Positions 49,460 to 62,822 are shown, counted from the stretch's first letter. The stretch: 64,000 nucleotides of DNA from Eledone cirrhosa (GCA_964016885.1 CAXHJY010000018.1:35001-99000); one strand, 5' to 3'. The notes: generated by a model not told the origin, from the letters alone. Numbers and translations are program-made.

Positions 49460-50010
49460 GTTGTTTTCCCCTCCCAGCTTGAGCTGGCAGGGCTGGACAG
49501 AGAGGACGGCAAAAGGCCAGATGGCATGACTATCTTCCTACTCTGTGGTGGTAAACCCCTCATCTGGGATACCACACACAGTGACACATTCTCCAGCAGT
49601 GACCTAGTGCAGTCTGCAACTAACCCAGGCTCTGCTGCACTTCCGGTTGAGGAGGGTAAACTCTCTAAATATCGGTTGCTCTCTGACATGTTTGCAGTTG
49701 AGCCCATAGCAGTGGAGACTTCTGGTGACCTTGGCCCTAGGGCCACCTCCCTACTCACCACCATCGGCACAGAGTTGGCTACTTGTAGGTGTGAGCCTCG
49801 TGAGCTGGAATGGCTCTTCCAGTGCACCTCTCGCACCATCCTCCATGGAAACACCTTCTCTATTTTGTACGCTGGGGCTGCATAGTGGCCAGCATGTGGG
49901 ACCCCATTTGCTCATAATAGTGAGAGTTGGAGAGAGCAGGAGAGACAGAGGCAGTGACAGTGGGAGTTTGGTTCCTTTGCGTTTGGACCTGGTGTGCATG
50001 CATATTTTTA
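49460..50010 (+). mobile_element. CRE-like non-LTR element 3' end (restriction-like endonuclease)
   Basis: GLDREDGKRPDG...LIWD...K.SKY...PIAVETSG..G...GN, a PD-(D/E)xK REL domain typical of CRE-clade elements. Confidence 0.8.
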
Positions 50011-51589
50011 CTTACCATACCACACACATTAATAGTTAATACAGAATTTGTTTTAATTTATTGTACTTTCTCTGACTACCACTACTTAGAGTTAATGCAT
50101 TGACTATAACATTTTGCATGTAACTTCACTCTTTCCATACTGGTTCACAAAATCGTAATATTTGTATGAAATTTGCAACTAGCTTTATTTAAAAAAATGA
50201 TTTGATAACTTTGTTAATATTTTGATACCAAACTGCTTGGAACTACCCTGGTTACAAAAATTTATTTTAAAGTGTTTATATTTATCTAAATAGCTTCCAT
50301 CATAATTTTAAGTAAGAATCTTTGATATGTTCCAAACACTAGCATAATACGGAAAACTAAATCCCTTCAAATTCTAAATCAGTTTCAAAATTATAGGCAA
50401 TGTCTTTCATTAAGAAATGTAGTAACGAAAAAGTTCATAGAACCAGTCTCTTTGTAACATTTACGGGTCTACAGTAAGTGTAGTAAGACACATTATTTAG
50501 GGTACAAAAACAACATAATTCTTATTTCAAAAATTAAATTTTTACCACTATTCTGTCCGCTGAGGCAGTGACAATGGGAATTTGATTCTTTTATGCTCAG
50601 TCCTTGTTAGGAATCTTTTGTTTCAGTATATATGTAGGTGCGCCCCCCCCCCCCCCCCACACACACAAACGCACATACTGAACTATAGTTATTAATTGTT
50701 GTTGCTTTGCCTTAAATCATATTAACACTAAACTATAACAACACTGTAGTATTTCAGTACCAGATGTATATTATTTAGGATTTAAAGAATGATTATTTCA
50801 AAACCAGACATACTCAGTGTCTCTTTAAAGCTGGGTGAAATAATTTAAAGAAACATAATTTCAATACTGGACCTAGCAATACTTTCTTTGAAAATAAAGT
50901 GAAGTGACATTATTTTAATATCAGAAGAAACATTATTTTAATATCAGACACATTGTTATCCAAGTTTAAATAAAAACAATATCTTAAAACCAGCGTGTTT
51001 GGGTAGAGAGAATAGTTTGACATCTGGCAGTGTCATCCTTAGGGATGGACAGGTTCACTGGTTTTCAGCTGATACTCTGTTCTGGCCTCAGGACATTTTC
51101 CAGCCATATCCCAACTACTGCTTCTGCTGGCTAAACATAGTGAAGGACTGGGTGCTTGGAGAGGAGATGGGCACTACCAGACATTTCTAAGGCACACTGA
51201 ACTACCATAATGGACAAATGGTCAGATGTCCTGAGTGGCACACAAGCGACTAGCTGCACCAGTTGCAGGAACTTGATATATTAATAGTATAGTGGGTAAG
51301 CAAGAGAGAGAGAGGAAAGAAGAAGAATTGACCCAGTACTGGACTGTCACTTTATTTATTGGCCTTAAAATGATGAAAGGCAAAGCAAAGTTGACCTCGG
51401 TAGGATTTGAACTCAGAGCGAAATCAGCTGAAACAAATAGCAAGGCACTTTTAATCCAATAACCTAACGACTTTGACAAATCTGACACCTAATAACTTTG
51501 TCAAAGAACTATAGATATTTTTAGTGGAATGAAGATGTAGAAGTTAATCTACCTCCTACACCAAAAGTAAAACTCCATACATTACTTAC

Positions 51590-51653
51590 CATCCCTGAAG
51601 TCTGCAATCATATAAATCAATACGATCTTCATTGTTTATAGGCCACTTTATAC
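51590..51653 (-). CDS. Voltage-gated Ca channel alpha2-delta subunit, coding exon A (Cache segment before VWA)
   Basis: Minus strand reads ctcacAG|GT ATA AAG TGG...CAG GGA TG|GTaagt, translating (G)IKWPINNEDRIDLYDCRLQG(W). Matches the alpha2-delta G-IKW...DCRxRxWY segment; phase 2 end joins the next exon. Confidence 0.9.
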
Positions 51654-53269
51654 CTGTGAGGAGAAAAGAAATAAAAATACTGATACTTTTGAACTGTTAT
51701 ATCCCTTGGTAAACAAATAAATAACTGTTTATTACAAACTGTCAGTCTCCATAACACATATACAACTTTGTTATAAAGAGTTGGAAGGACTCAACTGTGC
51801 CATAGACATGACAAACTCTTTAGTGTTGGTGATCTACATGATAAACAATCATCCAGGCACTCTATAAAGTGGTTGGTGATAGGTAGAGTATCCAGCCATA
51901 GAAAACTTGTCAGTGTTGGGAAGTTTTCAGTTATGCCAAGGACATGACAACTTCCCTAGTGTTGGTGTCACAATAAAATACACTTAGTAGAGTATGAGAT
52001 TGTATAACAGGGCTCCAGCCCACTTGGAGGTCAGAGATACAGCTTGAGTACTGACAAGTATGTGAAAACGTGTCTAGCCCTTGCTAGTAAGGAAAATAGA
52101 CGTTAAACGATGATGATGATGATGATGATGATATTAGTTTCCATAGTTTAAGCTGCTCTATCCCTAGGTAAATACATAACTGTTTATTACAAACTATTAG
52201 TCTCAGAATTATAATTGTAATTGCACATAATTAATTGCTATACGAAGCCACAATAACTAATTCAGAATATATGTATTTAACTGATGAGTAGATTCAGACT
52301 TGTAGACGACTTTAAAAACAATTCCAAAAGAAGAAGAGAAAAAATAAAACTTTAAGATAGTTTAACAAACATAAACAAGGAAATTAAAATAATTGCAATG
52401 GATAGGATGGGGAGACAAGACAGAGTAATAGGAAAAAAAAAATAAAGATGATATGTTAACAAAGAAGGAAAGAGAGTTTGAAAAAGAATGAGTGTGAGAG
52501 AGAGGCAAAGAAACAGGCAAAATGTGATGTAGTTATAGTCATAAAGAATGAAAATGAAAGAACCAGAATATTCTTTTTAACAAGGTAGGTACAGTTGCTC
52601 AGCTGTATGGCTAACAAATTCATTTTGGAACATGATTTGGGGTTCTGTCTACTATAGCTCCTGACTGACCAATGTTTTGTGAGTGAATTTGGTAGATGGA
52701 AACTGTGTGGGTTAGCCTACCATGCAAATATCTTTCTATTGTCCTTATTTAAAGCAAGTAGAGACATTTGTTTATATTTCCACAAATAATACATTTTGCA
52801 GTATACATTTAAACAAATGATAGCAGTATATAACATACTTCAAATAGATTAAGGAATGGCCCTGGAAAGGACAGTTAGTCATAGAAAACTGTATCAAAAT
52901 ATCTTGTCCATCACATGCTAGTCATGAGGATGACTTACAAGCATTTTTAAATGTTTGAATGGTTAGTATCTTTGCCATTATCAAAATCATCGTTTTTACA
53001 TCAAATTTTCCATGCTTGCATGAGTTGGATGGGAATTTCTGAGGCAATATTTTATAGTCAGATGCTCTTCTTTGTATCATTCCATTTAGTTACTTCTTAC
53101 AACATGCAGGGATATGATGTACTTATAAACCAAATATACATGGTCCAGTATGGTCTTAAAACTTCATACATTTTTATAAATTCTTGGAAAAAGCATATTA
53201 GATTTTGATATATCTTATAGCACATATAGGTGAAGGCACATGGCTTAGAGGTAAGTGTATTGGACTTCC

Positions 53270-54362
53270 AATCATAATGTCTCTGATGCTTTCCACATCT
53301 CAGTGACTATTTCTGATGGACCAGCTGCTTTACTCACCTTCATATCCTTAATTTCCTTACTTACTATACTGCTGCTGACTTGTACAGCTGAACCCTCTGT
53401 TAGGTTTACTTGGGGTAGACCATCTTGCTCCCATGCATTCTCCTCATTCAGTAATCTTTCATTATGGCTCTTCCATGCTACTTTCTTTTCAGCGTCCATG
53501 AAGGCAAGTATACCTTTATCATCTAAGACGCACTTCTCTCTAATGACATCATAATTTGCCTTGACACACTGCCTTGCAATCCCAAACACCTCTGAGGGCT
53601 CTTTTAACTTCTATATCCTTCTCCTGCAGGTTGCCTTCTGTCGCCAAGTTTGTATAGCCCTAACAATGAAGTCGTTAACTATTAGGTTATGTTGGGAGGT
53701 GCACTCCTTACCAAGGAAGGGTTTTCAATTAACAACCATCTCTTTATCTCATCCTCTGGTTAGGATAAAATCTATCTCACTAGCATGCTCACCAAACCTA
53801 TTGGTGAGCAGCTGGTTGTTGGGATTTTTGAAGTTGTTGCATATAGAAACTGCAGAATTCTAGAAGCCTGAAACCTGTAACCTTTATTTCTTACACCAAA
53901 CCTGTAGCCTCCATGGTCTCTGAAGAAGTCATCACAGTGATGTCCAATGTATGCATTAAAGTCCCCAGCATTGATTAGGAAGTCACTGTCATTCGTTACT
54001 GTAGTAGTGGGTATTACGGATTCATAAAACTTATCTTTTATTTGACAACCCAGATTGATATGTGTATGCAGGACTAAGTTTAATGATTCTCTTATTCACT
54101 CGATTTACTGTGATTATCTTATCTACCCATGTTTTAGCTAATAAAATACGTACTTCTCCCCAGTCCATTGTGATTACCCACTCAGAAAAATTTGTAACAC
54201 TGTTCTTTGCCGACAAGGAGTCAAGCTGACTCACCTCTCCTCTCCACCTAGTATCTTGCACATAGCATACATTCATTTTCTTTTGTTTTAGCATCTCTAC
54301 AATCTTTCCTGTTCTTTTTGTTATTGTGCTCACATTGATGGTGCCAGTTCTGAAGTTTGGAA
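53270..54362 (-). mobile_element. Degenerate RTE 5' part (APE region)
   Basis: GKIVEML...VQDTRWRG; IARQCVK...EKCV...WKSHNERLLNEENAWE; frameshifted. Confidence 0.85.
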
Positions 54363-54402
54363 GTTTGCCATAAGAGACAGAGAAGGAAGATGAGGGTGGA
54401 TG

Positions 54403-54745
54403 TCATCATCATCATCATCATCATCATTTCATTTTACGTCCACTTTTCCTGCTTGCAAGGGTGGGACGGGAACTGACTCTGGCTTGATTTCTACAGCTGG
54501 CTGCCTTTCCTAACACCAACCTCATTTACAGTGAGTGCTGGGTGCTTTTTTGCCGTGGCACCTCCACGACCACTTTGCAGTGGAATGATAGGGACCCCAG
54601 TCCCTATCATCTCATTTCTACAGCTGAGTAAACTGGAGCAATGTGAAATAAAGTGTCTTGCTCAAGGAAACAACACATCACCCGGTCTGAGAATTGAACT
54701 CACAACCTTTCGATTGCAAGGCCAATGCTCTAACCACTAAGCCAT
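54403..54745 (-). mobile_element. SINE family 2 copy
   Basis: Reverse complement of the 29158 head and body; (CAT)n tail. Confidence 0.88.
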
Positions 54746-55181
54746 ATATGTATATATATATATATTATATATATATTATATATAAATATATATTATATAT
54801 ATATATATTATATATTATATATATTATATTATATTATATATATATATTATATATATATATATTATATACATTTATTAAATATATATATATTATATATATA
54901 TATTATATATTATATATATTACCCACTACCCCCACCCCATCCACACCACCCCCTTTAATGTGAAGTTATGTTGGTACCACAACATCCAGTTCGAAACAAA
55001 TGAGGTCGTGTAGGTGTCACAACAAAAAAACACACAGTCCACGCTGTAATGTGGCCGTGTAGGTAACACGGTAAAAACCTTCCAGTACACACTGTAAATG
55101 TGGTTGGTGTAGAAAACAATTATATATATATATAATATATAATATATAGTAGAAACAATTATATATATATATATATATATA

Positions 55182-55603
55182 TCATCATCATCATCATCAC
55201 CGTTTTACGTCCGTTCTTCCACGCTAGCATGGGTTAGACGGGTTGTCCTGTTGTGGGCAGTGTCTGGTCGGCTGACCATGCCTTGCTCATACAGGAACTG
55301 ATCTGGCTTGATTTCTACAGCTGGATGCCCTTCCTAACACCAACCTCATTTACAGTGAGTGCTGGGTGCTTTTTCGTGGCGCCTACACGTCCACTTTACA
55401 GTGTGGGCTGGGTGCTTTTTTGCCGTGGCACCTCCACGACCACCTTGCGGTGGGGGGGGGGGGCATATTGTTTATATGCTTCAGCATGTACCCATGGGAG
55501 GTCGGGTACCCTGTATTACTGCGTGGCGCCAGAAGTCACGGTCGTGTGTCATTGACTTTGAGAGGTGTAGTTGGGTAAGGTCGGCTTTTATCACCTCATC
55601 CCA
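55182..55603 (-). mobile_element. Short 5'-truncated RTE family A copy
   Basis: Nearly identical to 29986-30411; (TA)n on both sides. Confidence 0.95.
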
Positions 55604-55626
55604 TGTATATATATATATATATATAT

Positions 55627-55982
55627 AATTGTTTCTAATTTTGGCACAAGGCCAGCAATTACCCAGTGCATTACTGGTACTTTATTCTATCGACCTCGTA
55701 AGAATGAAAGGCAAAGTTAAGCCGTAGAAAACCCGCCAGACGTGTAGGTCTCAGGACAATAAAACACACAGTCCACGCTGTAATGTGGCCATGTAGGTAA
55801 CACGGTAAAAACCTCCCAGTCCACATGGTGAACATGGTTGGTGTTAGGAAGGGCATCCAGCCGTTGAAAACCCGCCAGAGAGTCCTGAGCAAGACAGCCA
55901 ATCTTGCCTCAAGTGGGACAACTCCCGTCCAGACCCATGCTAGCGTGGAAAATGGACGTTAAACGATGATGATGATGATGAT
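55627..55982. mobile_element. Partial SINE family 1 (minus) joined to an RTE-tail repeat (plus)
   Basis: 55627-55721 is the reverse complement of 56684-56778; then aggaagggcatccag...ggacgttaaacgatgat. Confidence 0.75.
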
Positions 55983-56327
55983 ATATATTATATATTATAT
56001 ATATTAAATATATATATATATATTAAATATATATATATATTGTATATATTAAATATATATATATTATATATATTAAATATATATATATTATATATATTTA
56101 TTAAAATAAAGATTAAAGTTTAAGCAAAGAATCACTGCTTTCACCCTTAACGGGATCTTCTGAAACTAACAAAGTCAATCTGTAAACACAGAAGTGGATA
56201 TTTCAAAAAACATTGCAACCGGAGGAAGACAGGAAGACGATACTTTGGTTCGTGGAAACGTTCCTTGGCAAAGAACGGGAAAAAACGAATATAATACGTC
56301 ATTAATAGGAGCGGTGAAAAACTATAT

Positions 56328-56369
<42 letters not shown>

Positions 56370-56398
56370 ATATAATATATATATATATATATTATTTA

Positions 56399-56468
<70 letters not shown>

Positions 56469-56588
56469 GTATATATATATTATATATATATATTATATAT
56501 ATATTATATATATTATATATATTATATATATAAATATTATATATATATATATTATATATATATATTATATATATAATATATATAATAT

Positions 56589-56778
56589 GGGCGGTGAATT
56601 GGCAGTATCGGTAGAGGGTCGGATCCCATGCTTTCACGCATAGAGTTACGGTCCTTGCCATTCTGAGTTCAAATTCTGCTGAGGTTAACTTTGCCTTTCA
56701 TTCTTACGAGGTCGATAGAATAAAGTACCAGTAATGCACTGGGTAATTGCTGGCCTTGTGCCAAAATTAGAAACAATT
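56589..56778 (+). mobile_element. SINE family 1, full length
   Basis: ggcggtgaattggcagtatcgg (A box), gagttcaaattc (B box), core and tail; within (TA)n. Confidence 0.92.
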
Positions 56779-56779
56779 A

Positions 56780-56843
<64 letters not shown>

Positions 56844-56895
56844 GTTTCTACTATATATTATATATATATATAATTGTTTCTACATATATATATTA

Positions 56896-58030
56896 TATTG
56901 AGCACTCTAATTCGATATGTGTATTTCCACATTCACTCGAATTGTTTTCGCGGATATAGGGGTCATCTCCCTTGTCTAATGCCATGTGCGTTTTTCACTG
57001 GTAGTTGGCTCCTCTGCCGCCAGGAAAAAACTCGTTGATAACGTAAACCTCCGTTCCACTTGCTCTAGTAGGCTTTTATATTTATATGTGAGCTGATAGA
57101 GTACAGTCTAAGGATTTACAGAAACCCATGAAGCTAGATTTAACACCTGTCTAGTGGGTCCGGGTATGATTTTACATTCATTTAAATTATTGACGTATTG
57201 TTTTATTGATATTTTTTATCTGTTTGGCCCGAATCTTCCTTTATCGATTTTAAATCGTATGGTTGATTGTAGACTTGTTCTATATGTGACGGTATTTTAA
57301 CGATAGTTATAGCTCTGATTCATCTGAATTATTGAGCCCTCTGCCGCTCATATCGAATTTCGTTTATCGTGAACTCGTGCGCCGATTTTTCGATACTCGA
57401 TCTTTCTAATATATTTAGCTCTGGACATAGCTATCCACCAGTTAATTTTATTGCTCATTTTTTGTCGATTCTATTGAGTGATGAATAGCTTTTGTTTTAT
57501 TTTAACATGTCTATTGAGCACTCTAATTCGATATGTGTATTTCCACATTCACTCGAATTGTTTTCGCGGATATAGGGGTCATCTCCCTTGTCTAATGCCA
57601 TGTGCGTTTTTCACTGGTAGTTGGCTCCTCTGCCGCCAGGAAAAAACTCGTTGATAACGTAAACCTCCGTTCCACTTGCTCTAGTAGGCTTTTATATTTA
57701 TATGTGAGCTGATAGAGTACAGTCTAAGGATTTACAGAAACCCATGAAGCTAGATTTAACACCTGTCTAGTGGGTCCGGGTATGATTTTACATTCATTTA
57801 AATTATTGACGTATTGTTTTATTGATATTTTTTATCTGTTTGGCCCGAATCTTCCTTTATCGATTTTAAATCGTATGGTTGATTGTAGACTTGTTCTATA
57901 TGTGACGGTATTTTAACGATAGTTATAGCTCTGATTCATCTGAATTATTGAGCCCTCTGCCGCTCATATCGAATTTCGTTTATCGTGAACTCGTGCGCCG
58001 ATTTTTCGATACTCGATCTTTCTAATATAT
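56896..58030. repeat. 616-bp tandem direct repeat, about 1.8 copies
   Basis: tattgagcactctaattcg at 56896 and 57512; copies appear identical; (TA)n flanks. Confidence 0.93.
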
Positions 58031-58044
58031 ATATTATATATATA

Positions 58045-58093
<49 letters not shown>

Positions 58094-58141
58094 GTATATA
58101 TATATTATATATATATATATATATTATATATATATATATAT

Positions 58142-58225
<84 letters not shown>

Positions 58226-58230
58226 ATATA

Positions 58231-60729
58231 TACGACAGTAAAGAAGAACAGATAGAGGCATTTAATGTAGAAAAGAACTGGGAGTTCCTAAAAAATAATT
58301 TACTAGAGGCGACGGACGAGGTCTGTGGCTGGAGTAAGACCTCAAGCAGGAGGAGAGTGACTTGGTGGTGGAACAATAAGGTAGATGAAGCAGTCAAGGC
58401 CAAGAGACAGGTATGGAAAGAATGGAAGAATGGGGGGAGCAGGGTACATTACATAGAGACCAAGAGGGAAGCTAGGCGACAAGTATACTTAGCGAGGAGG
58501 GAAGCAGAGGATAGAAAATTCAAGCATGTTTTACAACGTGAGGACCAGAAACAGGAGTTATTCAAGATTGCGAGGCAGTGCGTCAGAGATAGTTGTGATG
58601 TCATTGGAGAGAAGTGTAACCGGAATGATAAAGGTGAGCTTGCCCTCACAAGTGCTGAGAAGAAAGATGCATGGAAGAGTCATTATGATAGATTACTAAA
58701 TGAGGAGAATGCATGGCAAGAAGAGACCCTACCCCAAGTAGACCCTATAGAAGGACGAGCAGTACAAGTCAGCGGCAGCGTAGTAAGTAAGGCAATCAGA
58801 GATATGAAGATGGGGAAGGCAACCGGTCCATCGGGTATAGCTGCCAAGATGCTGAAGGCATCTGGATCTGTAGGTCACACTATAACCACACGTATCGTTA
58901 ACCAGGTAATACTAGAAGGGGCCATAACAAAAGATTGGTGCAGTAGCATCATTGTCAACTGCTACAAAGGTAAAGGCGATGCACTAGATAGAGGAAACTA
59001 TAGAGGTATAAAGTTGATGAACCAGGTCATGAAAGTAACAGAAAGAGTTATAGCACAGTTGATTAGGGACCGGGTGAATATAGACGAGATGCAATTTGGG
59101 TTTGTACCAGGAAGTGGCACCACTGATGCCCTCTTCCTTGTGAGGGAATTACAGGAAAAGTACCTAGCTAAAAGTAAGCCACTCTACTTGGCATTTGTCG
59201 ACCTTGAGAAAGCCTTTGACAGAGTTCCACGCGCTGTAATCTGGTGGGCTCTTAGAAAACTAGGAGTAGATGAATGGCTTGTGAAAGCGGTACAAGCCAT
59301 GTATAGGGGAGCAGTCAGCAAAGTTAGGATTAGCAATGAGTATAGCGAGGAATTTAGCGTACAGGTTGGGGTCCACCAGGGCTCTGTTCTTAGCCCTCTC
59401 CTGTTCATCATAGTCCTGCAGGCAATAACGGAGGAGTTAAAGACTGGATGCCCATGGGAACTCCTGTATGCTGATGACCTCGCACTCATAGCTGAATCTA
59501 TGGTAGAACTAGAGAATAAATTCCAAACCTGGAAGCAGGGACTAGAAAGAAAGGGTCTCAAAGTCAACATGACAAAGACCAAGGTCCTTGTAAGTAGACG
59601 AGAAAACAGAACCCAGATCCCCTCAGGGAAATGGCCTTGCTCAGTATGTAGGAAAGGTGTAGGTAGGAACTCCATTCTCTGCCCCAAATGCAAACAATGC
59701 GTACACAAGAGATGTAGCGGGATCCCAGGAAGCTTAATTAAGAATGTAGGCTTCACATGCAGCAGCTGTGCTGAGACAGCAAACAGCAAACAGCCACAGG
59801 AAACAAGTACCACCAATCTCTGGGAGGGCCCTGTAGAAACAGTTGACAGCTTCTGCTACCTATGTGACCGAATTAGCAACAGAGGTGGGTGTTCAGAAAG
59901 TGCAATAACTAGGGTAAGAACGGGATGGAAGAAGTTTAGGGAACTACTACCACTGCTAGCTGCAAAAGGCTTCTCCTCAGAATGAAAGGCAGACTGTATG
60001 ATACGTGTATCCGAACAGCGATGTTGCATGGTAGTGAGACCTGGGCGCTGAAGGTGGAAGACTTACGTAGATTAGAGAGAAACGAAGCCTGCATGCTCCG
60101 ATGGATGTGTAACAGTAATATACGTGAACGACAAAGCATAAATGAATTGAGAGAGAGACTGAGCATAAGAGGAATCAAATACTGTGTGCAGGAGAGGCGG
60201 TTGCGCTGGTATGGACATGTGATGCGTATGAAGGATGATAGCTGCATAAAAAGGTGCAGAGCACTAGAAGTTGATGGAAACCGCGGAGTGGGGAGACCCA
60301 AGATAACCTGGGATGAGGTGATAAAAGCCGACCTTACCCAATTACACCTCTCAAAGACAATGACACACGACCGTGACATCTGGCGTCACGCAGTAATACA
60401 GAGTACCCGACCTCCCATGGGTACAAGCTGAAGCATATAGACAATATGCCCCCACACCCCCCACCGCAAGGTGGTCGTGGAGGTGCCACGAAAAAAAAGC
60501 ACCCAGCCCACACTGTAAAGTGGACGTGTAGGCGCCACGGAAAAAAGTACCCAGCACTCACTGTAAATGAGGTTGGTGTTAGGAAGGGCATCCAGCTGTA
60601 GAAACCAAGCCAAATCAGTTCCTGTATGAGCAAGGCATGGTCAGCCGACCAGACACTGCCCACAACAGGACAACCCGTCTAACCCATGCTAGCGTGGAAG
60701 AACGGACGTAAAACGGTGATGATGATGAT
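58231..60729 (+). mobile_element. 5'-truncated RTE family A copy
   Basis: Protein nearly identical to ORF 30289-33408 from YDSKEEQ onward; 1-bp frameshift near 59975; same 3' UTR and (GAT)n tail. Confidence 0.96.
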
Positions 60730-60781
<52 letters not shown>

Positions 60782-60783
60782 GT

Positions 60784-60821
<38 letters not shown>

Positions 60822-60969
60822 ATATATATATATGTTATATATATTATATATATTATATATATATATATTATATATATTATATATATATATATTATATATA
60901 TTATATATATTATATATATATTATATATGTATATATATATATATATATTATATATATATATCATATATA

Positions 60970-61046
<77 letters not shown>

Positions 61047-61178
61047 ATTCTGAGTTCAAATCCCGCCGAGGTTAACTTTGCCTTTCATCCTTACGGGGTC
61101 GATAAAATAGAGTACCAGTAATACACTGGGATAATTGCTGGCCTTGTGTCAAAAGTAGAAACAATTATATATATATAT

Positions 61179-61210
<32 letters not shown>

Positions 61211-61285
61211 ATTATATATTATATATATTATATATTATATATATATATATATTATATATATATATTATATATATATATTATATAT

Positions 61286-61324
<39 letters not shown>

Positions 61325-61337
61325 TATATATATATAT

Positions 61338-61369
<32 letters not shown>

Positions 61370-61450
61370 AATATATATATATATATTATATATGTATATA
61401 TATATATATTATATATATATATTATATATATATATTATATATATATATAT
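60730..61450. repeat. Long degenerate (TA)n tract containing a 5'-truncated SINE family 1 (61048-61166)
   Basis: Read directly from sequence. Confidence 0.9.
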
Positions 61451-61592
61451 TCAGGTTTGAGGTTCACCACTGTATAGAGCTGGTCTCTTCCGTATGGTCA
61501 ATCGTAATGCAATAATATAGAGAGTACTCAACGTAAGGCAGTTCAACTGTCTTTGATTTTGTAGTTGGTGGTGCTATTACGGAGTTAAATAT

Positions 61593-61853
61593 TATAATGA
61601 AATGACAGGAGGCTGGATTTGTGTAAATCCTTGAAAGGTTTATTATACTATGATCATTTCAATGATCGGGTTCCGTATGAATCCGGTGATATCATTTTCA
61701 GCCCCATGGATATTATCTATTACATTCACGTATTATATTTCGAATACCTGATGATATCACCGGATTCATACGGAACCCGGTCATTGAAATGATCATAGTA
61801 TAATAAACCTTTCAAGGATTTACACAAATCCAGCCTCCTGTCATTTCATTATA
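61593..61853. repeat. Fold-back inverted repeat, 103-bp arms; probable PLE pLTR remnant
   Basis: 61593-61695 pairs with 61751-61853, one mismatch seen. Confidence 0.93.
61744..61801 (+). ncRNA. Minimal hammerhead-ribozyme-like motif
   Basis: atac-CTGATGA-tatc accgg attcatacggaac ccggt catt-GAAA-tgatca-TA-gtat. Confidence 0.65.
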
Positions 61854-61914
61854 TTATATATATATATATATATTATATATATATATTATATATATACATA
61901 TATAATATATATTT

Positions 61915-62822
61915 CGACCCCTCCCACTACTCCCTCGTCACCTCCGCCTTCTTCAAACCCACCGACTCCCACTCTTACCTCGACTTCACCTCTTCCCACC
62001 CGACCCACACTAAACTCTCCATTCCCTACTCCCAACTTCTCAGGATCCGCCGCCTCTGTAGCCGAGATGCTGACTTCAAGTCCCAGGCCCTTTCCCTAGT
62101 CAGCCATTTCATCCGCAGAGGTTACCCCCCCTCTTCCAAATCGCTCTCACCCGCGCCCGTGCTATCCCCCGCTCCACCACCCTCACCCCACGCCACCGCA
62201 CACCCACCCACCGTCCCCCCTTCCCCATCACCTACCACCCCTCCACCGCACCATCCGCCGCCTCTTCCGACGCCTCCAGTCCGACCCCTCCACCTCCCAC
62301 ATCTTCCCAACCCCACCACTCCCCTCCTTCAAACGCGCACGCAATCTCCGCACCCTCCTCGTCCACAGCTCCCTACCCCCCCAACCCACGCTCCGTTTCC
62401 CCCCCGGTTCCTTCCCCTGTTCTAGGCCCCGCTGCAACACCTGTCCCCACATCACCAACACCACCACCTTCCAGGGTCCCAACGGCCACCCTCTCTCGGT
62501 CCGGCATGCCTTCCGCTGCACCTCCTCCAACCTAGTCTACGGACTTCGTTGCACGGAGTGCAGCGCGACTTATGTCGGACAGACGGGACGTCGCCTGGCG
62601 GACCGAGTCACGGAGCACCTCCGGGATATTCGTCTCGGGGGCAGTTCCCCCATCGCCCGCCATTTTGGTGGCCCTGGACACTCCGCACGCCATCTCACAG
62701 TCTGTGGCCTACTCCAGTGCCACGGAACACCCGCCCATCGCCTTACGGTCGAACAACGCACTATCTTCATCTTACAGACCCACACTCCCCCCGGCCTGAA
62801 CTCCCCACCCTTATTCCTTTAG
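61915..62822 (+). mobile_element. 5'-truncated Neptune-type Penelope-like element (RT thumb, Cys linker, GIY-YIG)
   Basis: Manual translation: FKPTDSHSYLDFTSSHPTHTKLSIPYSQLLRIRRLCS...RRGYP; CSRPRCNTC; NLVYGLRCTECSATYVGQTGRRLADRVTEH...PIARHF...PGLN; stop 62820-62822; frameshifts in C-runs. Confidence 0.92.

Noticed and set aside
60686-61121. Ile/Tyr-rich ORFs (also near 54694, 56194 and the N-termini of 57985 and 11463)
   Set aside because: Translations of (TA)n microsatellites.
62159-62425. Proline-rich (extensin-like) ORF
   Set aside because: Alternative frame of the C-rich PLE coding sequence.
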